A stretch of DNA of 64,000 bases from Candidatus Fraserbacteria bacterium (GTDB lineage Bacteria > Bipolaricaulota > Bipolaricaulia > RBG-16-55-9 > JANLFV01), in contig JBBIJD010000001.1 of the NCBI GenBank assembly GCA_037446135.1, forward strand, positions 17,076-81,075, written 5' to 3'. The position numbers were made by a program, and so were the translations under genes. Shown piece by piece: positions 45,849-55,645 of this stretch. The notes beneath the pieces are model-generated. The model had not been told where the DNA came from and did no database searches. It was given only the letters and a program-made list of their open reading frames with translations. Within the stretch, counting starts at the first letter, position 1, and each line of letters starts with the position of its first letter.

Positions 45849-46667
45849 ATGAACATCCACTTAAAGAGGCTGCTCCTCTTGGTGAACTTCGCTAAGCCCG
45901 GGGCCGCCCAGTTGGTGGAACGGATCTCGGTCTGGGGGAAGGAGCGGGGGATCGAGGTCGCGGTCCATGGGAGCCTCGAGGAGGGCCTCGAGGCCGGGCC
46001 CGAGCTGGGGACGACGGTGGTCGTGACCCTCGGGGGGGACGGGACCTTCCTCCGCGGGGCCCACCGCTTCGCCACACAAGCGGCCCCGCTCTTGGGGATC
46101 AATCTGGGGAGCCTCGGCTTCCTCACCCAGGTCGGAGCGGAGGAGGCCCTCCAGGCCCTGGAGCGGCTCCGGCGGGGCGAGTTCCGCCTGGAGGAGAGGA
46201 TGATGCTCGAGGGCCAGCTCCGCGAGGAGAGGTTCCTCGCGCTCAATGAGCTCTTCCTCGCCCCAAAGGCGGTCGGAGGGTTCACTGAGCTCGAGCTCTT
46301 TGCCAATGGAGAGCGGGTCGGCCTCTACCCCGGAGATGGGCTGATCCTCGCCACTCCGACTGGCTCGACGGCCTACTCCCTGGCCGCGGGGGGGCCGATC
46401 GTCGAGCCCCGCCTGGAGATGATCATCGTCACCCCGGTCGCACCGCATCGGCTCGGGCTCCGGACGGCCATCTTCCCCCCCGAGGCGGAACTCCGGGTCT
46501 TAGCCCACCAACCCGCGACCCTGCTCGTCGATGGTGACTCCTCCGGGGAGCTCCTCCCTGGGGAGGAGCTCTTGGTCCGGCGCTCCCCCTCTCGGATTAG
46601 ACTGGTCGTGGCTGACTCCCCGGGCTTCTTCTTCCTATTGGAGCGGAAACTCAACTGGGGCGGCTAG
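45849..46667 (+). CDS. nadK: NAD kinase
   Basis: GGDGT, GINLG.LGFL, LNE, DGLILATPTGSTAYSLAAGGP. Confidence 0.93.
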   Translation: MNIHLKRLLLLVNFAKPGAAQLVERISVWGKERGIEVAVHGSLEEGLEAGPELGTTVVVTLGGDGTFLRGAHRFATQAAPLLGINLGSLGFLTQVGAEEALQALERLRRGEFRLEERMMLEGQLREERFLALNELFLAPKAVGGFTELELFANGERVGLYPGDGLILATPTGSTAYSLAAGGPIVEPRLEMIIVTPVAPHRLGLRTAIFPPEAELRVLAHQPATLLVDGDSSGELLPGEELLVRRSPSRIRLVVADSPGFFFLLERKLNWGG

Positions 46668-47554
46668 AACTCCAACCTGAGCTGGAAGGTCTGGCTCCCT
46701 AGGCCGATCGGGGTGAGGACCGAGGCCGCGGAGAGCTCCAAGTCCCCGATGGTCGCGCCGATCCTGAATTCCCCCAGCCCGGTCGTGAATGAGGCCTCAC
46801 TCACCAGGCTCAGCTCACCGGTGGAGGCGCTCAGCCGGATGATCTCCCTTGTGACCCCTTGGGGTCCGACCGCGATCCCGCTGGTGATGGAGATTGGCCC
46901 GAGCTCGAATTCGACCCCCAACCGCTCCTCAGTGATGACAAACCCTTCGGGGTTAACCTCCGTCTCGCTCCTGAGAGGCCCGGTGGTGAGTGTGAGGGTG
47001 ATCTGATCGACATAGAAGTTGAGGTCTTTGTCCAGGGTGAGCCTGCTCCGGCCTCCGAGGAGGACCCCCGGGGCGAGGCGGAGATCCTCCAATTTGAGGA
47101 CCAAATTCAATTCCTGGCCCTCGGGGAGTGGGGGGCCACCGAGCTTCTCCAGCATCAGGCCGATGAGGGCGGCGAAGAAGTCGAGCCTCGCCTCGAGCGC
47201 GGCGATGTTTCCAAATCCCAGGGAGAGCTCCGCTTCGGGTGAGCTCTCGCCCCAGCTCCAGAGGTCGAACGAGAGGCCGAGGCCCCAGAAGAGGGCATTC
47301 AGCTCGGTCGGCGGCCGGGGCTGGCCGAGGTCTGCCGCCCTTGTGAGGAAGGCCTCGATCTCCTTCACGGTCAGCAGCGTGGCCTGGAGGCTCAGGCCCT
47401 CTTTAGTTAGGTCGCTGATGAGCGGCCCGGTCGAGGGGACCTCGCTGCAGAGCGCGAGGTAGTTCAAGGAAGGACAGGGGAGGCCGAGGCTCAGCTCGCC
47501 GCGAGTCGAGCAGAATAAGAGTAGCAATAGGAGAAACAATCCGAACCCTCTCAT
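46664..47554 (-). CDS. Hypothetical secreted beta-rich protein, putative outer-membrane protein
   Basis: Signal peptide; serial amphipathic strands; C-terminal FQLRLEF; promoter TTGACA-17-TACAAT at 47613-47585. Confidence 0.55.
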   Translation of the reverse strand: MRGFGLFLLLLLLFCSTRGELSLGLPCPSLNYLALCSEVPSTGPLISDLTKEGLSLQATLLTVKEIEAFLTRAADLGQPRPPTELNALFWGLGLSFDLWSWGESSPEAELSLGFGNIAALEARLDFFAALIGLMLEKLGGPPLPEGQELNLVLKLEDLRLAPGVLLGGRSRLTLDKDLNFYVDQITLTLTTGPLRSETEVNPEGFVITEERLGVEFELGPISITSGIAVGPQGVTREIIRLSASTGELSLVSEASFTTGLGEFRIGATIGDLELSAASVLTPIGLGSQTFQLRLEF

Positions 47555-47658
47555 GACGGAGCCCCCTCTTGCCACTTTAGCACAATTGTAAGGGCCACAA
47601 TTGGGGCTGTCAAGGGGCTTTGCCGGAGGGGCGCTATCTCTGTTAAACTTGAAAGAAG

Positions 47659-49113
47659 ATGAAGCGGCGGGGGTTCAGCCTGAGGTATAAGTTCGTCCTG
47701 ACCTTGGTGGCCTTCACTTTCCTCCTCTCCGCCTCCTTCGGGGCCATCTCCCTCAAGCGGCTCTCCAGCGAGCTGGAGAGCCAGCTCCTCAAGGATGGGA
47801 GGGAGCTGGTGAACACCCTGGCTGAGCGGTTCGCCGACACTACGATCCCCTTCCTCACCTGGGCAGAGAACCTCCGCTTCCTCGCGGAGACCCTCGCGGT
47901 CTCGGGCGATGTGCTCTTCATCCAGGTCACGGTCGGCGGGCAGACCTACACCGCCCCAAGGCCGGGGCTGGAGGAGGTCCCCCCGCTCGAGGTGGGCCTC
48001 GCCACTGAGGGGGCGGCCAGGCGGAAGCTGGCCGATGGGGTGAGCTACCTCGATGTCTGGGAGAGCCTCCCTTCGCGGCTGGTGATGACTGATGAGGGGA
48101 TCAAACCGGCCCGGGGCTATGTGCGGGTCGGGCTCTCGTTCGCCCGGGTCCGGAGCGAGATCCGCCAAGAGCTGGGGGTCATCGCCCTCGTCTCGCTTTG
48201 CTATCTCTTGATCGGGATCCTCGTGGCCTTCATCTTCTACGAGATGATCCTCGGGCCGGTCGAGGAGCTATCCGCCTCAGTGAGGCGGTTCCGGGTCGAT
48301 CGGCAGGCCCGGGCACCCGTCAAGGGGAGCGATGAGCTGGCCCTCCTCGCGGAGGAGTTCAACAAGATGGCCGAGGCGATCGCCGAGCGGGACGCGCGGC
48401 TCAGCGAAGCCAACCGGGTGAAGTCCGAATTCCTGGCGATAATGGGGCACGAGCTTTTGACTCCGCTCCACGCGATCCGGGGGTTCTCCCAGCTCCTCCT
48501 TGAGGGGATCGAGGGGCCTCTGACCGCCAAGCAAAGGGAGGACATCGAGGCAATCCTTTCCTCGGGGAATCATCTTCTCGAGCTGATCGAGAACATCCTG
48601 AGGTTCTCCAAGCTCGAGGCGGGTGAGGAGCGGCTCCACCTTGAGGAGGTCGAGTCGACCGGGCTAGTGGCCGAGGTGGTCCAGAGCTTCGAGCGGTTCG
48701 CCCAGGAGCGCGGGCTCCGGCTGGAATCGCGGGTCGAGCCCTTCCTCCTCCAGGCCGATCGGACGAAGCTCCGCCAAGTCCTGATGAACCTGGTGAATAA
48801 TGCGTTGAAGTATACCGAGCATGGGAGGATCGAGATCGAGGCCGCGATGGCGGACGGCCAGGCCTGCTTTACCGTCGCGGACACGGGCCGGGGGATCCCA
48901 CCAGAGTATCAGGCGAAGGTCTTCGAGCCCTTCACTCAGGTCGACTCTTCCGATCGGAGGGAAGCGATGGGGATCGGATTGGGGCTGGCGATCGTCAAGA
49001 AGTATGTCGAGCTCCATGGCGGGCGGGTCTGGCTGGAGAGCGAGCTAGGGAAGGGGACGAAGTTCCATTTCACCATCCCTCAGGGGGTAGGCCATGCGGA
49101 TCTTGGTCGCTGA
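47659..49113 (+). CDS. HAMP-domain sensor histidine kinase
   Basis: 2 TM, DEL..LA..FN.M HAMP, GHELLTP, NLVNNALKY, DTGRG, GIGLGL. Confidence 0.92.
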   Translation: MKRRGFSLRYKFVLTLVAFTFLLSASFGAISLKRLSSELESQLLKDGRELVNTLAERFADTTIPFLTWAENLRFLAETLAVSGDVLFIQVTVGGQTYTAPRPGLEEVPPLEVGLATEGAARRKLADGVSYLDVWESLPSRLVMTDEGIKPARGYVRVGLSFARVRSEIRQELGVIALVSLCYLLIGILVAFIFYEMILGPVEELSASVRRFRVDRQARAPVKGSDELALLAEEFNKMAEAIAERDARLSEANRVKSEFLAIMGHELLTPLHAIRGFSQLLLEGIEGPLTAKQREDIEAILSSGNHLLELIENILRFSKLEAGEERLHLEEVESTGLVAEVVQSFERFAQERGLRLESRVEPFLLQADRTKLRQVLMNLVNNALKYTEHGRIEIEAAMADGQACFTVADTGRGIPPEYQAKVFEPFTQVDSSDRREAMGIGLGLAIVKKYVELHGGRVWLESELGKGTKFHFTIPQGVGHADLGR

Positions 49114-49768
49114 GGACGATCCCTCCTCAAGGGAGCTCCTCCGCCGCTTCCTGGAGTCGAAGGGGCATGAGGTCCTCCAAGCCGCGAACGGCACGGAGGC
49201 CCTCGAGCGGTTCACGGCCAGCGGGGCCGACCTCATCCTCCTCGATGTGATGATGCCCAAGCTCGACGGTTGGACGGTCTTAAGGGAGATCCGGAAGGAC
49301 TCCTCCGTCCCGGTGATCATGGTTACAGTGAAAGACGCCACAGAGGACAAGGTCCGGGGATTGGAGCTCGGAGCCGACGACTATGTGACGAAGCCATTCG
49401 ACCTCCGGGAACTGGAGGCCCGGATTGCAGCGGTGATGCGTCGGGTCGCCCCAGGCCCACTGATCGAGGTCGGGGAGCTTTCAATCGACGATGAGAAGAA
49501 GGAGGTCCGGCTCCGGGGGGAGCCGATCGAGCTCTCCCCCAAGGAGTATGATCTCCTGAGGCTGCTCGCCTCCAGGCCGGGGAAGGTCTTCTCCCACCGG
49601 GAGATCCTGGAGAAGATCTGGGCAGGGAGCGAGTTCGCCTCCTCTGAGGATGTCAAGAAATACATCTACCTACTGCGGAATAAGATCGAGGAGGACCCGG
49701 AAGAGCCGAGGCTCATCCTGACTGTCCGCGGCTTCGGCTATAAGCTGGCGGTGGAGGCGAGGCCCTAG
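49094..49768 (+). CDS. OmpR/PhoB family response regulator
   Basis: EDD, LDVMMP, GADDY.TKPF, TVRGFGY. Confidence 0.95.
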   Translation: MRILVAEDDPSSRELLRRFLESKGHEVLQAANGTEALERFTASGADLILLDVMMPKLDGWTVLREIRKDSSVPVIMVTVKDATEDKVRGLELGADDYVTKPFDLRELEARIAAVMRRVAPGPLIEVGELSIDDEKKEVRLRGEPIELSPKEYDLLRLLASRPGKVFSHREILEKIWAGSEFASSEDVKKYIYLLRNKIEEDPEEPRLILTVRGFGYKLAVEARP

Positions 49769-49774
49769 AATAGA

Positions 49775-50713
49775 ATGCGCCCGAATAGGCTTAGGCTGAG
49801 ACTCTGGCTCAAGGAGGCGCGAGCCCCATTCCTCCTCCTCTCGCTGGTCCTCGCCCCGATCGGGCCGCTCGCCGCGAGGTGGGAGAGCGGCCGCTTCTCG
49901 GGGGGCAGGCTGCTGTGGACCGCCCTGGGGCTCCTCTTGGCCCACATCTCCGTCAATCTCTTCAATGAATACTTCGACTATAAGAGTGGGATAGATCTTA
50001 AGACCTTGAGGACCCCCTTCAGCGGCGGGAGCGGGGTCCTCTCCAGCGGCCTCCTCCGCCCAGAGGAGGTCTATCGGCTCGGACTGGCGACACTAGCGGG
50101 GGCCTTTGGGATCGGGCTGTATCTCACGATCCTCTCCGGGCCGCTCCTCTTGAGCCTGATCTTCGCTGGGGGGATGATAATCTATTTCTACACCACACAT
50201 CTCGCCCGCTGGGGCCTCGGCGAGCTCGCCGCCGGGCTGGGGCTGGGGAGCCTCCCGGTCCTGGGGGCCTACTTCGTCCAGACCGGCCAATTCACCCCCG
50301 TTGCGGGAGTCGCTTCCCTCGCCCCGGGCTTCCTCACGGCCAACCTCCTCTTGCTGAATGAGTTTCCCGATGCCGAAGCCGACCGGCAGGGCGGCCGGGC
50401 CCATCTGGTGATCCTGCTCGGGAGAAGAAGGGCAGCCTACATCTATGTCACCCTGCTCCTTGCGACCTATCTTGCGATAGGCGTGAGCGTGGCCTTAAGG
50501 GCGATGCCCCGCTGGTGCCTGCTCGCCTTCCTCACCCTCCCGCTGGCCTGGCGGGCTGGAAGGACGGCCCTCAAGTGCTATAACGACCTCCCCAAGCTGA
50601 TCCCCGCCCTGGCGGCTAATGTCCTGACCATCCTTGGGACCGATCTTTTGCTCAGCCTGGGCTACCTCCTGGCTGGGCCGGCGCTAGCGGACGGGACCCT
50701 CATCACTAAGTGA
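49775..50713 (+). CDS. UbiA-family prenyltransferase (MenA-like)
   Basis: NLFNEYFDY..G.D, NEFPD..AD..GGR; multiple TM. Confidence 0.85.
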   Translation: MRPNRLRLRLWLKEARAPFLLLSLVLAPIGPLAARWESGRFSGGRLLWTALGLLLAHISVNLFNEYFDYKSGIDLKTLRTPFSGGSGVLSSGLLRPEEVYRLGLATLAGAFGIGLYLTILSGPLLLSLIFAGGMIIYFYTTHLARWGLGELAAGLGLGSLPVLGAYFVQTGQFTPVAGVASLAPGFLTANLLLLNEFPDAEADRQGGRAHLVILLGRRRAAYIYVTLLLATYLAIGVSVALRAMPRWCLLAFLTLPLAWRAGRTALKCYNDLPKLIPALAANVLTILGTDLLLSLGYLLAGPALADGTLITK

Positions 50714-50815
50714 TCTATGTCACCTCGTCCGCCGACGGAGTGAAGCTCGGTGACGGCCTCCGTTCCTTCCCCACCTCACCGCCTCCCGGTATAAGAGGGG
50801 TGAGGTGAGGCGAAG

Positions 50816-50926
50816 ATGGAGAGATTAGCGAGAAAGGCCCTGCTGAAGCTTCTCCTGGCCCTGTTCCTTGCCCTCCCGCTCTACGCCCTCTTCACCATCT
50901 GCCTATGGGCCATGCTCACGCCCTAG
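50816..50926 (+). CDS. 36-aa single-TM small protein
   Basis: MERLARKALLKLLLALFLALPLYALFTICLWAMLTP*; GAGGTGAGG RBS. Confidence 0.55.
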   Translation: MERLARKALLKLLLALFLALPLYALFTICLWAMLTP

Positions 50927-50982
50927 CCTAGCTCGGCTTGACGATCGTCCTCATCGCTAGCTAGAATCCGGGCGGGTCGAAA

Positions 50983-51960
50983 ATGCCCGCGAATCTCACC
51001 CCGGAGTATCTAGCGGCCGAGGCCCGCTACCGCGCGGCCAAGACGGATCAGGAGCGCCTGGCAGCCCTCCAGGAGATGCTCTCCACCATCCCCAAGCACA
51101 AGGGGACGGAGAAGCTCCAGGCCGAGATCAAGCGGAAGATCGCTCAGCTCCGCACCGCCCCGAGGAAGCGTGGCCCGAGCCGCTCTACCCTGGACTTCAT
51201 TGAGCGCGAGGGCGCCGGCCAAGTGGCCCTCGCCGGGCTCCCCAACTCCGGGAAGTCCAGCCTCCTCGCTAGGCTCACCAACGCCCGTCCGGAGATCGCC
51301 GATTACCCCTTCTCGACGAGCAAGCCCCTCCCGGGGATGATGGAGTTCGAGGACATCCAGATCCAGTTGATCGATCTCCCCCCGCTCGCCCGGGGATACA
51401 CTGAGGGCTGGGTCTATTCTCATATCCGGAATGCCGACCTGGTCTTAGCCGTCATCGATCTCGCCGCTGAGGACCCCCAAAGGGATCTCTTGGAACTGCT
51501 CGCCCTCCTGGAGGAGGAGCGGATCCGCCTGGCAGCGGAGGCGAGCCCCGGGCTCGATCAGGGGATGCTCGTGAAGGCCGGACTGCTCTGCGGGACGAAG
51601 CTCGACCTCCCAGGGGCCGAGGAGGGCCTAGCGCGCCTTAGGGCCGAAAGCCGCGGCCTCCCGCTCGTGGCTGTCTCCGCCGGGAGGGGGGAGGGGCTGG
51701 AGGAGCTGAAGCGGGCGATCTTCACTTCCTTGAGGATCATCCGCGTCTACACCAAGGAGCCAGGGAAGAAGCCAGACATGGAGCGGCCTTACACCCTCCC
51801 GCGCGGGAGCACCGTCTTGGATCTCGCGCGAGCGATCCATCAGGAGTTCGCCCAGCGACTCCGCTATGCCCTGCTTTGGGGCTCCGGGAAGTTCGAGGGC
51901 CAGCGGGTCCCACGGGACCACCCCCTCCAAGATCGGGATATCGTCGAGCTTCACATCTGA
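50983..51960 (+). CDS. DRG-like OBG-family GTPase with TGS domain
   Basis: MPANL, PKHKGTE, GLPNSGKS, YPFST, DLP, TKLD, RVYTK.PG, DRDIVE. Confidence 0.88.
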   Translation: MPANLTPEYLAAEARYRAAKTDQERLAALQEMLSTIPKHKGTEKLQAEIKRKIAQLRTAPRKRGPSRSTLDFIEREGAGQVALAGLPNSGKSSLLARLTNARPEIADYPFSTSKPLPGMMEFEDIQIQLIDLPPLARGYTEGWVYSHIRNADLVLAVIDLAAEDPQRDLLELLALLEEERIRLAAEASPGLDQGMLVKAGLLCGTKLDLPGAEEGLARLRAESRGLPLVAVSAGRGEGLEELKRAIFTSLRIIRVYTKEPGKKPDMERPYTLPRGSTVLDLARAIHQEFAQRLRYALLWGSGKFEGQRVPRDHPLQDRDIVELHI

Positions 51961-52049
51961 ATCGCCAGTTGAACCCCTGTCGGGGTGGCATTATAATCCC
52001 CTCGGCCCGAGGGGCCGGTTGCAAAGCCCTCTAGAGTAAGGCAAGTGAG

Positions 52050-53771
52050 ATGGGCGAAATCTTAAGATACCTCTGGAGATACCGCTTCCGGATCCTTTTG
52101 GGGATCGGGGCACTCTTTATTGTCGATGGGGCCCAGCTCGTGGTCCCCTTGATCACCAGGAAGGTGGTCGACGAGCTGACGGCCGGGCGGGGCACGGACC
52201 TCTGGCGCTATGCCCTCTATATCGTCGGGCTCGCGGTGGTGATCCTCCTCTTCCGGTTCTACTGGAGGTATTTCATCTTCGGGAGCGCGAGGAAGATCGA
52301 GTTGGACCTCCGCGAGCGGCTCTATGCCCATCTTCTGACCCTCTCGCCCCAGTTCTATAACCGGACGCGGACCGGGGACCTCATGGCCCATGCGAACAAC
52401 GATGTCGATGCCGTGAGGATGGCCTGCGGGATGGGCCTTTTGGCCCTGGCCGATGCTTTAGTGATGGTCTCCTTCTCGCTCGCGGCGCTCTTGGCGATCA
52501 ATACCCGGCTGACCTTATATGCCTTTATCCCGCTCCCGTTCATCACGGCGATCGCCCTCGGCTTCGGGAGGGTGATCCATCGCCGATTCCAAGCGGTCCA
52601 GGCGGCCTTCTCGACCCTCACGGAGAGGGTCCGGGAGAATATCGCCGGGATCAAGGTCCTGAAGTCCTTCGCTCAGGAGGAGGGAGTGGCACGGGACTTC
52701 CGCCGGACCAATCAGGAGTTCGTGGAGAAGAATATGAAACTCGTCCGGGTCTGGGGCTTCTTCGACCCGGCGATCGCCTTCCTCGCTGGCCTCTCGACCG
52801 CGATCGTCCTCTGGCTCGGGGGGAGGGGTGTGATCCTGGAGGAGCTCAGTTTGGGGGACTTCGTGGCCTTCACATCTTATTTGGGGATGCTCACCTGGCC
52901 GATGATGGCCCTCGGCTGGGTCGTCAATCTCCTTCAGAGGGGGACGGCCTCGATGGATCGGCTCATGCGGGTCCTGGCGGAGAAGCCGGAGATCACAAGC
53001 CCGGCACGCCCTAGGCCCCTCCCGGGGAGAGGGGAGATGGAATTCCGTGCCCTGACCTTCGCTTATGACGACGGCCCACCGGCCCTCCGTGGGATCGACC
53101 TCCGCATCGAACCGGGGATGGTCCTCGGGGTAGTTGGGCTCACCGGCTCGGGGAAGTCGACCCTGGTAGACCTCTTAACGCGGCGGTTCGATCCCCCGCC
53201 CGGGACGGTCTTCATCGACGGGGTCGACATCCGCGAGGCCGATCTCCGCGAGCTGCGGGGGATGATCGGGATGGTCCCCCAAGAGGTCTTCCTCTTCTCT
53301 GCTACGATCCGGGAGAACATCGCCTTCGGCCGACCGGAGGCCACTGAAGAGGAGATCATCAAGGCGGCCAAGCTGGCCGGGCTCTGGGAGGAGATAGAGG
53401 AGTTCCCCCAGGGGCTCGACACCGTCGTCGGGGAGAGAGGGCTGGCCCTCTCGGGTGGCCAGCGCCAGCGGGTGGGGATCGCAAGGGCGCTGCTGCGCGA
53501 CCCGAAGATCCTGATCTTGGACGATGCCCTCTCCTCAGTCGACGCTCGGGTCGAGGAGCTGATCTTGGAGAACCTTCGGGAGGTCCTCCGGGCGCGGACC
53601 TCGATCATCATCTCCCATCGGATCTCCGCGGTCCGCTGGGCCGATAAGATCGTGGTCCTCGAGCGAGGGAGGATCATCGAGGAGGGGAGGCATGAGGAGC
53701 TGCTGGCCCTCGGCGGGCTCTACTCCCGGCTCCACCAGTTGCAACAGTTGGAGGAGGCCCAGGTGAAGTGA
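52050..53771 (+). CDS. Heterodimeric ABC exporter subunit A (MdlA-like)
   Basis: TMD plus GLTGSGKS, LSGGQRQR, degenerate LDDALS. Confidence 0.92.
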   Translation: MGEILRYLWRYRFRILLGIGALFIVDGAQLVVPLITRKVVDELTAGRGTDLWRYALYIVGLAVVILLFRFYWRYFIFGSARKIELDLRERLYAHLLTLSPQFYNRTRTGDLMAHANNDVDAVRMACGMGLLALADALVMVSFSLAALLAINTRLTLYAFIPLPFITAIALGFGRVIHRRFQAVQAAFSTLTERVRENIAGIKVLKSFAQEEGVARDFRRTNQEFVEKNMKLVRVWGFFDPAIAFLAGLSTAIVLWLGGRGVILEELSLGDFVAFTSYLGMLTWPMMALGWVVNLLQRGTASMDRLMRVLAEKPEITSPARPRPLPGRGEMEFRALTFAYDDGPPALRGIDLRIEPGMVLGVVGLTGSGKSTLVDLLTRRFDPPPGTVFIDGVDIREADLRELRGMIGMVPQEVFLFSATIRENIAFGRPEATEEEIIKAAKLAGLWEEIEEFPQGLDTVVGERGLALSGGQRQRVGIARALLRDPKILILDDALSSVDARVEELILENLREVLRARTSIIISHRISAVRWADKIVVLERGRIIEEGRHEELLALGGLYSRLHQLQQLEEAQVK

Positions 53772-53772
53772 G

Positions 53773-55608
53773 ATGAGACGCGACTACTTCTATGAGGATG
53801 AGCGGCTCGGGAAGGCCTACGATGCCCGGCTGACCCGCCGGCTCCTCCGGTATTTGAGGCCCTACCGCGGGGTGTTCTTGGCCACACTAGCCCTGGGGCT
53901 CCTCCTGATGGCCCTGGAATTGGCCATGCCCTATGTCACTAAGGTCGCGATCGATCGCTACATGGAACCCGGGGCCGCGGCAAAGTTGCCCACCGCGGCC
54001 GCCCTCCGCGGGGTCAGCTTACTGGCCTTGGTCCTCGGCGGGCTCCTCCTCTTCCGGCTCATCTTCTCCTTCGTTCAGGCCTACCTCGCGCAATACACCG
54101 GCCAGAGGGTGATGTTCGACCTCCGCCAGGAGATCCTCCAGCACCTCTTGCGGCTCCCGGCGAGCTTCTTTGACCGGAACCCCGTCGGGCGGCTGGTGAC
54201 CCGTGCCACGAACGATGTCGCCGCGATCAACGAGATGTATACCTCCGTCTTGGTCAACCTCCTCCGAGACGGGTTCCTCCTCTTCGGGACCCTCTTCGTC
54301 ATGTTCCGGCTCAACGCCCGCTTGACGATGTTCATCCTGATCCTCGCCCCGGCGATCGCCCTGACGGCCTTCCTCTTCCGGATCAAGGCCCGCGCGGCCT
54401 ACCGGGCCGTCCGGAGGAGACTGGCCCAGCTCAATGCCTTCCTCCAGGAGGCGATCTCCGGGATGTGGGTCATCCAGCTCTTCGGCCAGGAGGAGCGGAG
54501 CCGCCGCCAATTCGCCGAGATCAACCGGGCCAAATACGATGCGGACATGCAGCAACTCTTCGTCTACGCTATCTTCAACCCCCTGATCAGCCTGATGCAG
54601 TCCCTGGCATTGGCCCTCCTCCTCTGGTATGGCGGGGGCGGGGTGATCCGCGGGAGCTTCACCTTGGGGGCGCTGGTGGCATTCATCTCTTATGTCCGGA
54701 TGCTCTTCCAGCCACTGGTCGATCTCTCGGAGAAATATAACATCATGCAGGGGGCGATGGCCGCGGCCGAAAAGATCTTTACGCTCCTGGACGAGCCGGA
54801 GGAGGTGAGGGCCTCGCTCCCAGCCCCGGGCGGCCCCGAGGCCGAGACCGAGGCGGGCCTCTTCCGCGGGGAGGTAGAGTTCCAGGATGTCTGGTTCGCC
54901 TACAAGGACGAAGAATGGGTCCTCAAGGGGGTCTCCTTCAAGGTCAAGCCTGGAGAGCGGGTGGCCCTCGTCGGCCCGACCGGCTCGGGGAAGACGACGA
55001 TCATCAACCTCCTCCTCCGGCTCTATGATGCTCAGCGGGGCCGGATCCTCATCGATGGCCGAGACATCCGCGAGCTCGACCCGCGCTGGCTCCGGGCGAA
55101 GATGGCCGTGGTCCTCCAGGATGTCTTCATCTTCTCCGGGGATGTCCTGGGGAATATCCGCCTCTTCGAGGAGGGCCTCCCGGCGGAGCGGGCGATCGAG
55201 GCCGCGAAGTTCGTCCAGGCCCACCAATTCATCAACGAGCTCCCCGCCGGATACGAGACGGAGCTGGGTGAGCGGGGTGCGACCCTCTCGGTCGGCCAGC
55301 GGCAGCTTCTGGCCTTCGCGAGGGCCGTGGCCTTCAATCCGAAGATCCTGATCCTGGACGAGGCGACGGCGAATATCGACTCCCAGACGGAGCGGCTGAT
55401 CCAAGAGGCCTTAGCGAAGGTAATGGATGGGCGGACCAGCATCGCCATCGCCCACCGGCTCTCCACGATCAGGGACGCTGATCGGATCATCGTCTTGAGC
55501 CACGGGCGGATCGTGGAGGAGGGGCGGCACGAGGAGCTGCTGGCCCGACGAGGGCTCTATGCGGCCCTCTACGAGCTCCAGGCCCGCGCGGCGCATGTGG
55601 GAGCTTGA
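53773..55608 (+). CDS. Heterodimeric ABC exporter subunit B (MdlB-like)
   Basis: TMD plus GPTGSGKT, LSVGQRQ, LDEATA. Confidence 0.92.
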   Translation: MRRDYFYEDERLGKAYDARLTRRLLRYLRPYRGVFLATLALGLLLMALELAMPYVTKVAIDRYMEPGAAAKLPTAAALRGVSLLALVLGGLLLFRLIFSFVQAYLAQYTGQRVMFDLRQEILQHLLRLPASFFDRNPVGRLVTRATNDVAAINEMYTSVLVNLLRDGFLLFGTLFVMFRLNARLTMFILILAPAIALTAFLFRIKARAAYRAVRRRLAQLNAFLQEAISGMWVIQLFGQEERSRRQFAEINRAKYDADMQQLFVYAIFNPLISLMQSLALALLLWYGGGGVIRGSFTLGALVAFISYVRMLFQPLVDLSEKYNIMQGAMAAAEKIFTLLDEPEEVRASLPAPGGPEAETEAGLFRGEVEFQDVWFAYKDEEWVLKGVSFKVKPGERVALVGPTGSGKTTIINLLLRLYDAQRGRILIDGRDIRELDPRWLRAKMAVVLQDVFIFSGDVLGNIRLFEEGLPAERAIEAAKFVQAHQFINELPAGYETELGERGATLSVGQRQLLAFARAVAFNPKILILDEATANIDSQTERLIQEALAKVMDGRTSIAIAHRLSTIRDADRIIVLSHGRIVEEGRHEELLARRGLYAALYELQARAAHVGA

Positions 55609-55645
55609 GCCTTCGAGCCCGCAGAGCTTGTGCGCTCAGCTCAGA

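Noticed and set aside
54019..55404. 461-aa minus-strand ORF and many similar overlapping ORFs
   Set aside because: Antisense or alternative-frame shadows of well-supported genes, with no motifs or RBS
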